From NCBI GenBank assembly GCA_018062285.1, contig JAGOSO010000003.1, forward strand, positions 6,992-70,991: a stretch of DNA of 64,000 bases, read 5' to 3'. The translations under genes were made by a program, and so were the position numbers. Positions within the stretch are counted from its first letter, which is position 1, and the number at the start of each line of letters is the position of its first letter. Under the pieces are notes generated by a model. That model searched no databases and was not told where the DNA came from. It was given only the letters and a program-made list of their open reading frames with translations. This document shows, piece by piece, positions 1-12,278 of this stretch. Origin of the DNA: Minisyncoccota bacterium (GTDB taxonomy: Bacteria; Patescibacteriota; Minisyncoccia; 2-02-FULL-40-12; GWA2-44-9).

Positions 1-798
1 CAAACATTAGGCTCCTATGCCGCTACGCTCAGAATAATCCCGGCTCAAATAAAAACAGTATCTGAATTGGGCCTACCTCCAATTTTAAATATTTTCACAA
101 AACTTTCGCAGGGCTTTGTTCTGGTTGTTGGACCTAATGGGCAAGGAAAATCAACCACACTAGCCAGTCTTTTAAGTACCATAAACAAAGAAAGGGGAGA
201 GAAAATAATAACTATCGAAGATCCAATTGAATATATTTTTACTCCAGAAAAAAGCATTGTTGACCAAAGAGAAATTTATCAAGACACACTTTCTTTTAGC
301 AAAGCTATCCGAGCATCACTCAGAGAAAATGTAAACGTATTGATGTTGAGCGACATGCGAGACTACGAAACAATGAGCGCCGCAGTTACTGCCGCTGAAA
401 CAGGGCACTTAGTATTTGCCACTCTACACACAAACAGTGCCTCCCAAACAATCGAAAGAATAATCGGCGGGTTCCCACCAAACCAGCAAGCCCAGATAAG
501 AAGCCAGCTTGCGTCAACAATTTCGGGGGTTGTTTCCCAGCGCTTAATCCCACGCATCCAAGGCGGATTAGTTCCAGCCGTTGAGGTAATGATTGCCACA
601 TCAGCCGTTAGAACGTTGATCCGGGATGACAAAGCCAGACAACTAGACCGTGTTATCGAAACAAGCAGTGAGGTGGGAATGATTTCAATGGACAAATCGC
701 TTGCAGAACTTGTTCGAAAGAAAGAGATCACCTTAGAGAGAGCTGAATTTTATTCTATCAATCCAGGCAATATGAAAAACTACGTAAATGGAGCTTAA
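1..798 (+). CDS. pilT: Type IV pilus retraction ATPase PilT, C-terminal ~265 aa. The gene starts upstream of the window.
   Basis: The frame is open from nt 1 with no stop before the listed ORF. Walker A GPNGQGKSTT and a PilT/GspE-family core (ITIEDPIEY, ATLHTNSA) are present. It is followed by pilC and pilin genes. Confidence 0.85.
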   Translation, partial: QTLGSYAATLRIIPAQIKTVSELGLPPILNIFTKLSQGFVLVVGPNGQGKSTTLASLLSTINKERGEKIITIEDPIEYIFTPEKSIVDQREIYQDTLSFSKAIRASLRENVNVLMLSDMRDYETMSAAVTAAETGHLVFATLHTNSASQTIERIIGGFPPNQQAQIRSQLASTISGVVSQRLIPRIQGGLVPAVEVMIATSAVRTLIRDDKARQLDRVIETSSEVGMISMDKSLAELVRKKEITLERAEFYSINPGNMKNYVNGA

Positions 799-1990
799 AT
801 ACCAAGCCAAAAATAATGCGGGTGAGATAGTCGAGGGCGTCATTGATGCGCCATCGGAAGACAATGCCATCTCCATTCTTCACGACAAACAACTTGTTGT
901 TCTTTCTCTCGAAGTAATTAAGAAAGATATACTTTCTAGGGATTTAACACAGATTTTTTCTAGAATAACGACAAAGGACGTGGTTGTATTCACCCGACAA
1001 CTCTCCACATTAATTGAAGCGGACATGCCATTGGCCGAAGGACTCAGAACGCTGGCCCAACAATCAGAAAAACCAGCTCTAAGAAAAGTCATCATGGAGG
1101 TAGCCCAAGGCGTTGAAGGGGGATCATCTTTATCAAATGCCCTAGGCCTTCACCCGAAGATATTCACCAACTTCTACATTAAGCTAGTTCAATCGGGAGA
1201 GATATCCGGAAAACTTCAGGGCTCTCTTATGTATCTTGCTGATTACTTGGAGCGAAGTCAGGAAATAAACTCCAAAATCAAAGGCGCCCTAACTTATCCC
1301 GCCTTCGTTGTTTCGGCCATGATTCTTGTCTTCTTAATCATGGGGGTATATGTTTTGCCACAACTCCTTTTGGTTTTCAAAGATTCTGGAATCAAAGAAT
1401 TACCACTAACAACCAAGCTCTTAATATCGAGCACTGACTTTCTTAACAACTACATCTACTATATTCTAACGATGTTAATCCTGGGTGGATTTTTTATTTT
1501 CCGTTTTTTAAGCAAGCCGGCTGGCAAAGCGTGGCGAGACAACTTTTTAGTCAACATGCCAAGCTTAGGCAAGGTTGTTCAAAATCTTTACTTAGCCCGA
1601 ATCGCTGAAAGTCTTTCCACTCTTATTAAGTCGGGGTTACCGATCCTTGATGCCTTAAAAATATCCTCTGACCTTGTCGGCAATGAGAATTACCGCAAAA
1701 TATTAATGGATTCTGAGGGGAATGTTCGGAGTGGGGGAACCATTTCAGAAATTCTTAGCCAACACAAAGAAATGCCCCCATTGTTTAGTTCGATGGTTGC
1801 GATCGGGGAGAGGACCGGAAAACTCGACTACATGCTTGAACACATTTCAAAATTCTATAAATCAGAATCAGAAACAGCCATCAGTAGTATCACCACCCTA
1901 ATTGAGCCAATACTTATTCTAGTGTTAGGTTTTGCGGTGGCTGTGTTGGTTTCTGCGATTTTGCTACCAATGTACAGCATTGTTGGGTAA
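788..1990 (+). CDS. pilC: Type IV pilus platform protein PilC (GspF family), 400 aa.
   Basis: Two GspF-like repeats and three TM segments. It overlaps the pilT stop and sits in the pilin operon. Confidence 0.85.
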   Translation: MELKYQAKNNAGEIVEGVIDAPSEDNAISILHDKQLVVLSLEVIKKDILSRDLTQIFSRITTKDVVVFTRQLSTLIEADMPLAEGLRTLAQQSEKPALRKVIMEVAQGVEGGSSLSNALGLHPKIFTNFYIKLVQSGEISGKLQGSLMYLADYLERSQEINSKIKGALTYPAFVVSAMILVFLIMGVYVLPQLLLVFKDSGIKELPLTTKLLISSTDFLNNYIYYILTMLILGGFFIFRFLSKPAGKAWRDNFLVNMPSLGKVVQNLYLARIAESLSTLIKSGLPILDALKISSDLVGNENYRKILMDSEGNVRSGGTISEILSQHKEMPPLFSSMVAIGERTGKLDYMLEHISKFYKSESETAISSITTLIEPILILVLGFAVAVLVSAILLPMYSIVG

Positions 1991-2009
1991 CTATTGTTGA
2001 TATCTTGTC

Positions 2010-2037
2010 TTGCACTCTTTCTAATAGAGCCTATACT
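2010..2037 (+). promoter_or_regulatory. Candidate sigma70-like promoter for the major pilin gene.
   Basis: TTGCAC at 2010-2015, a 16 nt spacer, TATACT at 2032-2037, about 30 nt upstream of the pilin start. This is pattern-based only. Confidence 0.3.
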
Positions 2038-2067
2038 AAAGTTAATTAACCTAAGACTGTTCTCACG

Positions 2068-2586
2068 ATGTTTACAAAAAAAACCTTTAATCTTTCTCGC
2101 GGTTTTACACTGATCGAATTGCTTGTGGTAATGGCTATCATTGCCATACTTTCTACACTGCTTATCCTCCAGTTTAATGTTGCTCGTGGCAAATCAAGAG
2201 ACACCAAACGTATTGCCGATATCTCCAGTCTTCAAGCAGCGGTTGAACAATACTACAACGACAATGGCGGTGAATATCCACCAGCACCACTTGCTTATTC
2301 TGACCTACAGCAATTCATTAGCACCGCTACCCTCCCAACCGATCCACTCTCTGGCGACGCTTACTATTATGCAGTCACAACAAATCACAGCAAATATGCC
2401 CTCTACACAGAACTAGAATACAATAACCCCGTTATAAGAAGTGACTACGACATAAACTCGAGCACTTACACGGGAGACACTAGTGCTGGCAACGATAACT
2501 CAAACACAGCAGTATCAGAACTCTGCAACAACACGAACTATACAGTTACCTCTAAGCAGTGCGTCTACGATGTCGGTCAAAAATAA
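2068..2586 (+). CDS. Type IV (major) pilin with a prepilin N-terminal cleavage/methylation domain, 172 aa.
   Basis: N-terminus ...RGFTLIELLVVMAIIAILS is a class III signal. The C-terminal part is Thr/Asn/Ser-rich. It has its own promoter-like site and terminator. Confidence 0.85.
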   Translation: MFTKKTFNLSRGFTLIELLVVMAIIAILSTLLILQFNVARGKSRDTKRIADISSLQAAVEQYYNDNGGEYPPAPLAYSDLQQFISTATLPTDPLSGDAYYYAVTTNHSKYALYTELEYNNPVIRSDYDINSSTYTGDTSAGNDNSNTAVSELCNNTNYTVTSKQCVYDVGQK

Positions 2587-2595
2587 AACCACTTT

Positions 2596-2626
2596 AAAAA
2601 TCCGCCAGCACATGGCGGATTTTTAA
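2596..2626 (+). terminator. Rho-independent terminator after the major pilin gene.
   Basis: Hairpin AAAAATCCGCC-agcacat-GGCGGATTTTT followed by a T-run. Confidence 0.7.
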
Positions 2627-2647
2627 TTTCTTGCATATACTTAACCA

Positions 2648-3394
2648 ATGAATATTATTTTAGCTTTTTTTGGCGGCCTTATTTATGGAAGTTTTTTAAA
2701 TGTTTTATTGTGGAGGCTCCCAGAAGGAAGGGGAGTTAACGGACGTTCTCGTTGCCGTTCTTGCAATCATCAGCTAGCCTGGTATGACCTTGTCCCAGTA
2801 TTAAGCTATCTAGTTCTTGGTGGGCGCTGCCGCTATTGCCACGAACGAATCCACCACAGATACCCGATTGTCGAAATTACCACTGCACTAATTTTGGGAA
2901 TATTTTTTATTATCAGGATTCCAGTTTTATCTATTGCCAGTGGTGTTGATATTTTTGGACTACTTATTTTGGTAAGCTTTTTTTTCTTTGATCTATTTTA
3001 CATGCTCCTACCAGACGTTTTAATGTTTCCGGCCATGGGGGTATATCTGGCCTACGATCTTGTTACTAAACAAGATCCCATGACTTATGTACTGGCCGCA
3101 TTACTTACTGCTAGTTTTTTTGCTATACTTTACGCAGCCTCAAAAGGAAGGGGGCTTGGTTTTGGGGATGTTAAATTGGGACTACTTTTAGGGCTAATGC
3201 TTGGCTACCCAACAGGTTTCATTTCTGTTGTTTTGGGCATATGGATAGCCGCAATTGTTTCCATAGGACTACTCCTTTCCGGAAAATATTCCAGAACCGA
3301 TGCTATTCCACTGGGTTCCTTCTTGGCTTTTTCGGCCATTATCATAATTATTTTTTATCATGAAATACCCAGATTTGTTTACCACCTATTTTAG
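2648..3394 (+). CDS. pilD: Prepilin peptidase PilD (A24 family), 248 aa.
   Basis: An N-terminal CxxC...CxxC zinc motif (RCRSCNHQL...CRYC), a polytopic membrane core and a GFGDVKLG motif. Confidence 0.85.
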   Translation: MNIILAFFGGLIYGSFLNVLLWRLPEGRGVNGRSRCRSCNHQLAWYDLVPVLSYLVLGGRCRYCHERIHHRYPIVEITTALILGIFFIIRIPVLSIASGVDIFGLLILVSFFFFDLFYMLLPDVLMFPAMGVYLAYDLVTKQDPMTYVLAALLTASFFAILYAASKGRGLGFGDVKLGLLLGLMLGYPTGFISVVLGIWIAAIVSIGLLLSGKYSRTDAIPLGSFLAFSAIIIIIFYHEIPRFVYHLF

Positions 3395-3941
3395 GGCCTT
3401 TACCAAAAAAGAATCTGGTTTTACCTTAATAGAACTGCTCGTCGTCATGGTAATAATTTCCTTCCTTAGTATTGCTATGATTAATAATTTTTCAAGAACA
3501 AAGATAGACATAGACCAGACCGCAAATTTAATAATGGCAACAATCCGTCAAGCTCAAACAAAAACAGTTTCTAGCAATCTATACAACAACTACAACCCAT
3601 GCGGATACGGAGTACACTACGTAGATCCAACGAGTATTGTCGTATACGTTGGACCAGATGCTTCCACGGCAACACCAAACTGCACAGACATGAATAAGAA
3701 CTACAACCCAAATAGGGACAGTGTTCTCCTGACCCAAACAATCAAGGACTCTCAAGTGCAACTACAAAACTCCTTTTCTGACATTTTCTTTTTACCACCA
3801 GACCCAAAAACCTACCTAAACAACGATGCTTCTTTGAACCAAGCCCCGATCTCTATACAGGTTGGACCAATCGGCAGAGCATGCACCGGCAATTGTAGGA
3901 CAATATACGTATACTCTTCCGGTAAAATAGAATCCCAATGA
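3360..3941 (+). CDS. Minor pilin / pseudopilin, 193 aa. The start codon is uncertain.
   Basis: GFTLIELLVVMVIISFL prepilin motif after an unusually long leader. It overlaps the pilD 3' end by 35 nt. Confidence 0.65.
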   Translation: MKYPDLFTTYFRAFTKKESGFTLIELLVVMVIISFLSIAMINNFSRTKIDIDQTANLIMATIRQAQTKTVSSNLYNNYNPCGYGVHYVDPTSIVVYVGPDASTATPNCTDMNKNYNPNRDSVLLTQTIKDSQVQLQNSFSDIFFLPPDPKTYLNNDASLNQAPISIQVGPIGRACTGNCRTIYVYSSGKIESQ

Positions 3942-4444
3942 TCACTGATAAATTTAAAAACGGACAGATAGGATTTACACTAATAGAAACTCTTGTTTCT
4001 TTGGTAATTTTAACACTTACGCTCATTCCAATTCTAAATCTTTCAAACAGCATAAACAGGGTAACCGAAAGCATCCAAGACAACATGATTGCTTCCGGCC
4101 TTGCGCAAGAGGGGATAGAAATAATAAGAAACATGCGAGACACAAACTGGTTTAACAATCGGGCTTTTGATCTCAACCTAGGAGAAGGCGTGGTTAATCA
4201 GCCCTACCAATACAGAGTGGAATGGCAATCTGTATGGCCGGGAACGTACGCTAACACCCCCCTAAACATAAGCAACGGAATGTACACATACTTCCCAGGA
4301 GAAGTTTCTAAGTTTACTCGCACAATCACAATCACAAAAATTAACGCGGGGGAACTCAGTGTGGTCAGCCAAGTGTCGTGGACGGATGGTCGAGGTAACT
4401 CAAGATCAATTTCAGCTGAAGACCATTTATTTAATTGGAAATAG
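3938..4444 (+). CDS. Minor pilin (GspI/PilV-like), 168 aa.
   Basis: N-terminus MITDKFKNGQIGFTLIETLVSLVILTL. It overlaps the previous stop by 4 nt. Confidence 0.7.
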   Translation: MITDKFKNGQIGFTLIETLVSLVILTLTLIPILNLSNSINRVTESIQDNMIASGLAQEGIEIIRNMRDTNWFNNRAFDLNLGEGVVNQPYQYRVEWQSVWPGTYANTPLNISNGMYTYFPGEVSKFTRTITITKINAGELSVVSQVSWTDGRGNSRSISAEDHLFNWK

Positions 4445-4445
4445 A

Positions 4446-4959
4446 ATGAACAGAATCAATAACCAAAAAGGATTCACTCTTATAGAACTTGTCGTATCTG
4501 CTTTTGTTTTTTCAATTATCGTTGCAGTTGTTAGTGGATTGTTTGTGCAAATACTTAAGGCCGAAAGGAGGGCTTTCGCTGCTCAAAAAATCCAAGAAAA
4601 TGGTTTATTTATTGTAGAACTCATGTCTCGTGAAATCAGAGTTAGCCAAATAGTCGCCAATGATCAAAGCCCAGCCGGCAACTCACCAAGCTGCACACTC
4701 CAAGCGCTGACAATCCGTCACCCAGTCAACGGTACCGTCACATACGCTCTGGTGGGGGACATTCTCCAGAGAACCGCTGACGGCTCAGTTACAGACCTAA
4801 GTTCTTCAGCAGTCAGTTTTTCACGACTAAACTTCTGTCTCACGGGAGGTGCCCCCACTGACGCACAGCAGGCAAGAGTTGGAATCATTGCTTCAATTCA
4901 AAATAAGACAGGCAAAGAAATAGTAAAAGTTAACTTGGAGACATCAGTCTCATCCAGAG

Positions 4960-4979
<20 letters not shown>
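4446..4979 (+). CDS. Minor pilin (GspJ/PilW-like), 177 aa. The start was moved to the ATG at 4446.
   Basis: MNRINNQKGFTLIELVVSAF... The in-frame ATG sits 2 nt after the upstream stop. The listed ORF start at 4359 lies inside the previous gene. Confidence 0.7.
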
Positions 4980-7304
<2,325 letters not shown>

Positions 7305-7322
7305 TCGTGTTAATTTAGTCAC

Positions 7323-7625
7323 ATGCTATCTGACAAAGAATTAGATCACATCGCCAAACTGGCACGTGTAAACATCGAACCAGACAAAAGAGATCAACTG
7401 AAAAAAGACCTTTCGGCCATTTTGGGTTACATTGAAAAATTAAACAAAGCAGACACTAGTTCAGTTGAGCCACTCTACCAAACCACCGGCCTTGTAAACA
7501 CTGCTCGCACAGATGAGCCTCGTGGAGAATTCCCGATGAGCGACAAACTGGAAAAACTACTAGTTGGGCAAGCCCCTGCAAGTAAGGACAGGTTTGTTAA
7601 AGTTAAACCTATTTTAAAGAAATAA
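7323..7625 (+). CDS. gatC: Asp/Glu-tRNA amidotransferase subunit C.
   Basis: 100 aa with the GatC family pattern (LAKLARV...IEKLNK). It is immediately upstream of gatA with a TAATG overlap. Confidence 0.85.
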   Translation: MLSDKELDHIAKLARVNIEPDKRDQLKKDLSAILGYIEKLNKADTSSVEPLYQTTGLVNTARTDEPRGEFPMSDKLEKLLVGQAPASKDRFVKVKPILKK

Positions 7626-9028
7626 TGATTCCGGAAAACCTAACAATCGTTCAGGCACGCAAAGGACTAAAGTCTGGTGATTTTTCGGCGCAAGATTTAG
7701 CAAATCATTATGCTAAAAAAATCGCCGACAAAAACAAAGACCTTAACGCCTATTTAACTGTATTTGAAAAACCAGAGACCAATGAAGGAGAAGGGGGCTT
7801 GGCTGGTATTCCGTGTGCCATTAAAGACAACATGCTCATCGAAGGCACTCGAACAACTGCTGCTTCGAAAGTCCTAGATAACTACATCGCTTCCTACGAC
7901 GCCACGGTTATCAAAAAGTTAAAACAAGCTGGCGTTACTTTTTTGGGGAAAACCAACATGGATGAATTCGCCATGGGTACATCTACGGAAAATTCTGCCT
8001 ATGGCCCAACCAAGAACCCGCTAGACACTTCACGCGTCCCTGGTGGCTCATCTGGTGGCTCTGCTGCTGCCGTGGCCGGTGACCTTTGCGTCTTTGCGCT
8101 TGGTTCTGACACTGGTGGCTCCGTCCGTCAGCCTGCCGCTCTTTGTGGTATTGTTGGACTCAAACCAACTTACGGCAGAATCTCCCGGCACGGACTAATT
8201 GCCATGGCTTCCTCTTTTGACCAAATTGGACCACTAACCAAAACCGTCGAAGATGCTGCCATTGTCTTAAACACTCTTTGTGGTCATGACATATTTGATT
8301 CCACAACTGTAAATAATGAGGTTCCTGATTTTACAGCCACACTCAACACACCAATCAAGGGACTGAGAGTTGGTGTACCCAAAGAATTCTTTGGTGAAGG
8401 ACTTTCTTTTGAAGTTTCAGAGAAGATTAAAGAAACTATCAAAAAATTAGAAGCGCTAGGATGCGAAATAAAAGAAATCACTCTTCCTAACTTTGAATAC
8501 GCTTTAGCTTCCTACTATATTGCTGTCCCGAGTGAAGTTTCTGCAAACTTATCCCGCTTTGACGGTGTTCGTTATGGATACTCAGCGAAAGATGGCGAGA
8601 ATCTTCTTGATACTTATATAAAATCTCGCACCGAAGGTATTGGCGCCGAACCTAAACGCCGCATCATGCTTGGGGCCTATGCTCTTTCAGCTGGCTACTA
8701 TGACGCCTATTATTTAAAAGCCCAGAAAGTCCGGGCGTTAATTAAAAAAGATTTCGATGATGCCTTCAAAGACGTAGACGTAATTGTTGGACCAACCTCG
8801 CCCAACACCGCCTTCAAACTAGGGGAAAAAGCTTCGGATCCGCTTGCGCTATACCTAGAAGACGTCTACACCGTGCCATTGAACCTCGCTGGCTTACCAG
8901 GAATTTCTATCCCTTGCGGCTTGGGCACTGAAAGCAAGATGCCAGTCGGTTTCCAAATTATTGCCAATCAATTTGAAGAAGCCACCATGCTTCGCGTTGC
9001 GCACCAGCTTGAAGAATCTTTGAAATAA
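7625..9028 (+). CDS. gatA: Asp/Glu-tRNA amidotransferase subunit A (amidase signature enzyme).
   Basis: Amidase signature GGSSGGSAAAVA and the Ser-cisSer-Lys context. 467 aa. Confidence 0.95.
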   Translation: MIPENLTIVQARKGLKSGDFSAQDLANHYAKKIADKNKDLNAYLTVFEKPETNEGEGGLAGIPCAIKDNMLIEGTRTTAASKVLDNYIASYDATVIKKLKQAGVTFLGKTNMDEFAMGTSTENSAYGPTKNPLDTSRVPGGSSGGSAAAVAGDLCVFALGSDTGGSVRQPAALCGIVGLKPTYGRISRHGLIAMASSFDQIGPLTKTVEDAAIVLNTLCGHDIFDSTTVNNEVPDFTATLNTPIKGLRVGVPKEFFGEGLSFEVSEKIKETIKKLEALGCEIKEITLPNFEYALASYYIAVPSEVSANLSRFDGVRYGYSAKDGENLLDTYIKSRTEGIGAEPKRRIMLGAYALSAGYYDAYYLKAQKVRALIKKDFDDAFKDVDVIVGPTSPNTAFKLGEKASDPLALYLEDVYTVPLNLAGLPGISIPCGLGTESKMPVGFQIIANQFEEATMLRVAHQLEESLK

Positions 9029-9610
9029 ATGGCTCACGAAATATACAACCAAATGCTGTTTGCCTTCTATCAATGGACCTCCTTCCAGGTTGGTAGTTTT
9101 AATATGGCCAATTTCTTTGTCAACTTCCAAGGAGCTTTCATTAACTCTTCTTTTGTATATGTATTACAAATCATATCGGCGATAGTAACAATTTTCCTTG
9201 GCGTAGCCGCAGGCTACTTGGTAATGAAGCGAAATGAATTTGAAGAAACTGTTGCCAGCCAAGAACCAGCCCAATCTGAAGCTTCTGGCCTTGGCCCAAT
9301 TCAAGAGCAATGGACTGACATCATGACCCATATTGACTCTATCCACGAAGGCGAATGGAAATTTGCTGTGATCGAAGCGGATTCTTTGGTTGATAATGTT
9401 TTAAAAAATTATTTCCCTGGCGCTTCAATGGGGGACAGGCTTATGAATATCGACAAGACCAAGCTTCTCACATTAGATGATCTTTGGGAGGCCCACAAAA
9501 TCCGTAACCGCTTGGCCCACGACTCAAATTATTTTCTTCGTCACGCAGAAGCTCTCCGCGCTATCCGTCTTTTTGAGTCCACACTCAAAGAACTCGGCGC
9601 TATCCAGTAA
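9029..9610 (+). CDS. Hypothetical membrane-anchored protein, 193 aa.
   Basis: One TM helix (VLQIISAIVTIFLGVAAGYLV), then a soluble domain ending ...HKIRNRLAHDSNYF... No family was recognised. Confidence 0.5.
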   Translation: MAHEIYNQMLFAFYQWTSFQVGSFNMANFFVNFQGAFINSSFVYVLQIISAIVTIFLGVAAGYLVMKRNEFEETVASQEPAQSEASGLGPIQEQWTDIMTHIDSIHEGEWKFAVIEADSLVDNVLKNYFPGASMGDRLMNIDKTKLLTLDDLWEAHKIRNRLAHDSNYFLRHAEALRAIRLFESTLKELGAIQ

Positions 9611-9616
9611 TTAAAA

Positions 9617-9642
9617 ACGCCCGCAGGTATTCTTGCGGGCGT
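9617..9642 (-). terminator. Hairpin terminator for the minus-strand gene 9644-10084. It may also act for the + gene.
   Basis: ACGCCCGCA-ggtattct-TGCGGGCGT. The minus-strand reading is followed by a TTTTTAA run. Confidence 0.6.
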
Positions 9643-9643
9643 A

Positions 9644-10084
9644 TCACACATCATCACGAACATACCAATGTTCGACCTCGAGACCATTGCTGATCCGGAA
9701 CTTTTCAGCCACAGCCTTTTTGTCTTTAAGCAAATCGGTCAATTCCCGAACCAATCTCTGCAGTTCACGAATCGCGCCAGCGACATGCATCGGCGCATCT
9801 GACGGCGAAAAGCTCATCAAGTTCGGATCAAGCCTATTGAGAATGAACTTGGAAGCATTCAAAACATTCTGAGCATCATCGAGCCTGACGTGAGGATCTA
9901 CGGCAACAGGGCCAGAGACGAATAGCTTCTCCAGGTTAATGCTCCACCCATGAACAGTGCGCCCGATTCTGGCAATAGCGTCGAGACCGTCAGGGCCAGA
10001 ACTTTTTGCCTTGATGATCTTCCTCAGTATTTCATAGTCGCTTAGCGAATCAGTTGCTCCACTAGACCTGGTACTCATGAACAA
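9644..10084 (-). CDS. Hypothetical protein, 146 aa.
   Basis: ORF only. An R-x5-H (RIGRTVH) segment hints at a HEPN-like fold, but that is speculative. It is bounded by a terminator and a tRNA. Confidence 0.5.
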   Translation of the reverse strand: MFMSTRSSGATDSLSDYEILRKIIKAKSSGPDGLDAIARIGRTVHGWSINLEKLFVSGPVAVDPHVRLDDAQNVLNASKFILNRLDPNLMSFSPSDAPMHVAGAIRELQRLVRELTDLLKDKKAVAEKFRISNGLEVEHWYVRDDV

Positions 10085-10161
10085 ATCTTCCTTCCCTAGA
10101 AACTAAAGAACACGCTGGATTTTAGCGTAAGCACTGACAACCGTCAAGAGAGACTTTTCTG

Positions 10162-10234
10162 TGGACCCAAGCGGGCTCGAACCGCTGACCTCTTCCATGC
10201 CATGGAAGCGCTCTACCAGCTGAGCTATGGGCCC
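10162..10234 (-). tRNA. tRNA-Ala (anticodon GGC).
   Basis: Cloverleaf read by hand: acceptor GGGCCCA/TGGGTCC with the G3:U70 Ala identity pair, anticodon loop AT-GGC-AT, T-loop TTCGAGC. No encoded CCA. Confidence 0.85.
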
Positions 10235-10300
10235 AATAACTTATTTCGATTGAAAATTTACCATAAAAATGATACTGTGGCAAGAAATAAGGCTCTAATA

Positions 10301-10372
10301 GCCCCTGTCGTTCAACGGATAGGACGGAGGTTTCCTAAACCTTAAATCCAGGTTCGATTCCTGGTGGGGGCA
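10301..10372 (+). tRNA. tRNA-Arg (anticodon CCT).
   Basis: Acceptor GCCCCTG/TGGGGGC, anticodon stem GAGGT/ACCTT with loop TT-CCT-AA, T-arm CCAGG-TTCGATT-CCTGG. No encoded CCA. Confidence 0.8.
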
Positions 10373-10381
10373 CAACATAAA

Positions 10382-11824
10382 ATGCGATTACCAAAAGAAG
10401 TCCAATCAATTCTAACCACAATCAAAGATGGTGGCTTTGAGGCGTATGCGGTTGGGGGTTGTGTGCGTGATTTAATCCTTGGCAAAGAACCGAAGGACTG
10501 GGATATTACCACCAATGCCGTCCCCGAAAAAATCCAAGCCTTTTTTCCAGAGCACGTATATGAAAACACCTTTGGGACAGTAGCTGTTAAAACTGGCTCT
10601 GATAATCCCAGCCTTGCCTTGGTTGAAGTTACCCCATATCGCATCGAGGGGAAATACAGCGACAAGCGCCATCCCGATGAAATTAAATTTGCTGACAAAC
10701 TAGAAGACGATTTATCGCGTCGTGATTTTACCGTTAATGCCTTAGCTCTCGATAATTATTCGGATGATGTAAAGATACTCGACCCATTCAATGGCCAAGA
10801 AGATATCAAGAACAAAATCATTCGCACTGTTGGTGATCCGGAATTGCGTTTCCACGAAGACGCCCTTCGTGTTTTAAGAGCGGTCCGTTTTGCCACCGTT
10901 CTTGGTTTTACAATCGAACCAGCCACGTTAAGCGCCATCAAGAAAAATGCAGAATTCTTAAGAACAATTTCTAAAGAAAGGATCCGTGATGAATTTGTAA
11001 AAATAGTTGAATCAGACAACGGCTACGAAGGTATGCTCTTACTGGAAGAAACTGGATTGATGCAATACATCGTCCCAGAACTTCGCGAGGGGATTGGTAT
11101 CGATCAAAACCTCCATCACATCTACACAGTATGGGAACACAACACCCGCGCCCTTAAATACACCGTAGAACAAAAATATTCCTTAGCTATTCGCTTAGGT
11201 GCTTTGTTCCATGACATCGGCAAGCCAAGAACTAAGCGAGGAGAAGGCAAATTTGCCACCTTCTACGGCCACGAAGTCATCGGTGCTCATATGGTTGCCG
11301 GAATTATAGATCGATTAAAATTCTCCAAGGAACTATCCGACAAAATCGTAAAGCTTGTCCGCTATCACATGTTCTACTACAACGTTGATGAAGTTACTGA
11401 ATCATCAGTCCGACGTCTCTTGGTTAATGTTGGCCAAGAAAATGTCGAAGACCTCTTAAAAATCCGCGAAGCCGACCGGATTGGTTCAGGTCGACCCAAA
11501 GCAATACCATACAAACTTCGCCATCTTAAATACATCATCGACAAAGTTTCTCATGACCCAATCTCTGTCAAAATGCTCAAGGTTAACGGCGAAGATGTGA
11601 TGAACGAACTAGCCTCTGGGCCAGGACCAAAAGTTGGATTAGTCTTGAACTGCTTACTGGCCGATGTTTTGGATGATCCATCCCACAACACCAAAGAATA
11701 CTTAATGGACCGTATCCACGAGCTAGACAAGCAATCACCGGAAGACCTTAAAAAGGCTCTCGAGAAAATTGAGAAAGCCCAAGAGGAAGAAGAAAAAGAA
11801 CGCGCCAAAAAATATTACGTTTAA
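10382..11824 (+). CDS. cca: CCA-adding tRNA nucleotidyltransferase with HD domain. The start was moved to the ATG at 10382.
   Basis: Pol-beta NTase head (GGCVRDLILG...DWDITTN), an HD motif (HDIGKP) and 481 aa. The listed start at 10364 lies inside the tRNA-Arg. Confidence 0.85.
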   Translation: MRLPKEVQSILTTIKDGGFEAYAVGGCVRDLILGKEPKDWDITTNAVPEKIQAFFPEHVYENTFGTVAVKTGSDNPSLALVEVTPYRIEGKYSDKRHPDEIKFADKLEDDLSRRDFTVNALALDNYSDDVKILDPFNGQEDIKNKIIRTVGDPELRFHEDALRVLRAVRFATVLGFTIEPATLSAIKKNAEFLRTISKERIRDEFVKIVESDNGYEGMLLLEETGLMQYIVPELREGIGIDQNLHHIYTVWEHNTRALKYTVEQKYSLAIRLGALFHDIGKPRTKRGEGKFATFYGHEVIGAHMVAGIIDRLKFSKELSDKIVKLVRYHMFYYNVDEVTESSVRRLLVNVGQENVEDLLKIREADRIGSGRPKAIPYKLRHLKYIIDKVSHDPISVKMLKVNGEDVMNELASGPGPKVGLVLNCLLADVLDDPSHNTKEYLMDRIHELDKQSPEDLKKALEKIEKAQEEEEKERAKKYYV

Positions 11825-11826
11825 AT

Positions 11827-12264
11827 ATGGCTAAAAAAATACTGGTAAAAAGATTCGACAAAGAATTACCTATGCCTGAATACAAAACTGCTGGGGCTGC
11901 TGGCTTTGATTTTTCTGCAAGAGAAACGACAACAATCAAAGCAGGGGAGCTGGCCCGTATTCCAATCAACATTGCGATGGAAATTCCCAAGGGCCACTTC
12001 TTATTGCTTGCTGCCAGAAGCTCAACCTACAAACTTGGTCTAACAATGATTAATGGTGTTGGTATTATCGATTCCGACTATCGCGGAGATGAAGATGAAA
12101 TTAGTTGTATGGTTCAAAACTATACCAAGAAATCTGTCACCATCGAAAAGGGTACTCGCATCGCTCAAGGCGTAATAATCAAACACGAACGAGCCATTTG
12201 GAAAGAAACAAAAAAGATGCGCGCCAAAACTCGTGGTGGATTTGGCACGACAGGACATAAATAA
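11827..12264 (+). CDS. dut: dUTP diphosphatase.
   Basis: 145 aa with dUTPase motifs (AGFDF, GVGIIDSDYRGE, RGGFGSTG-like C-terminus). Confidence 0.9.
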   Translation: MAKKILVKRFDKELPMPEYKTAGAAGFDFSARETTTIKAGELARIPINIAMEIPKGHFLLLAARSSTYKLGLTMINGVGIIDSDYRGDEDEISCMVQNYTKKSVTIEKGTRIAQGVIIKHERAIWKETKKMRAKTRGGFGTTGHK

Positions 12265-12278
12265 AAAAATAACACGAT

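Noticed and set aside
363-731. Antisense ORFs inside pilT (363-731, 386-601). Many similar internal antisense ORFs occur in ligA, gatA, cca, VirB4, PBP1A, pilB, ftsH, rpsA and gyrA.
   Set aside because: They are fully embedded opposite well-supported genes, and none has independent support.
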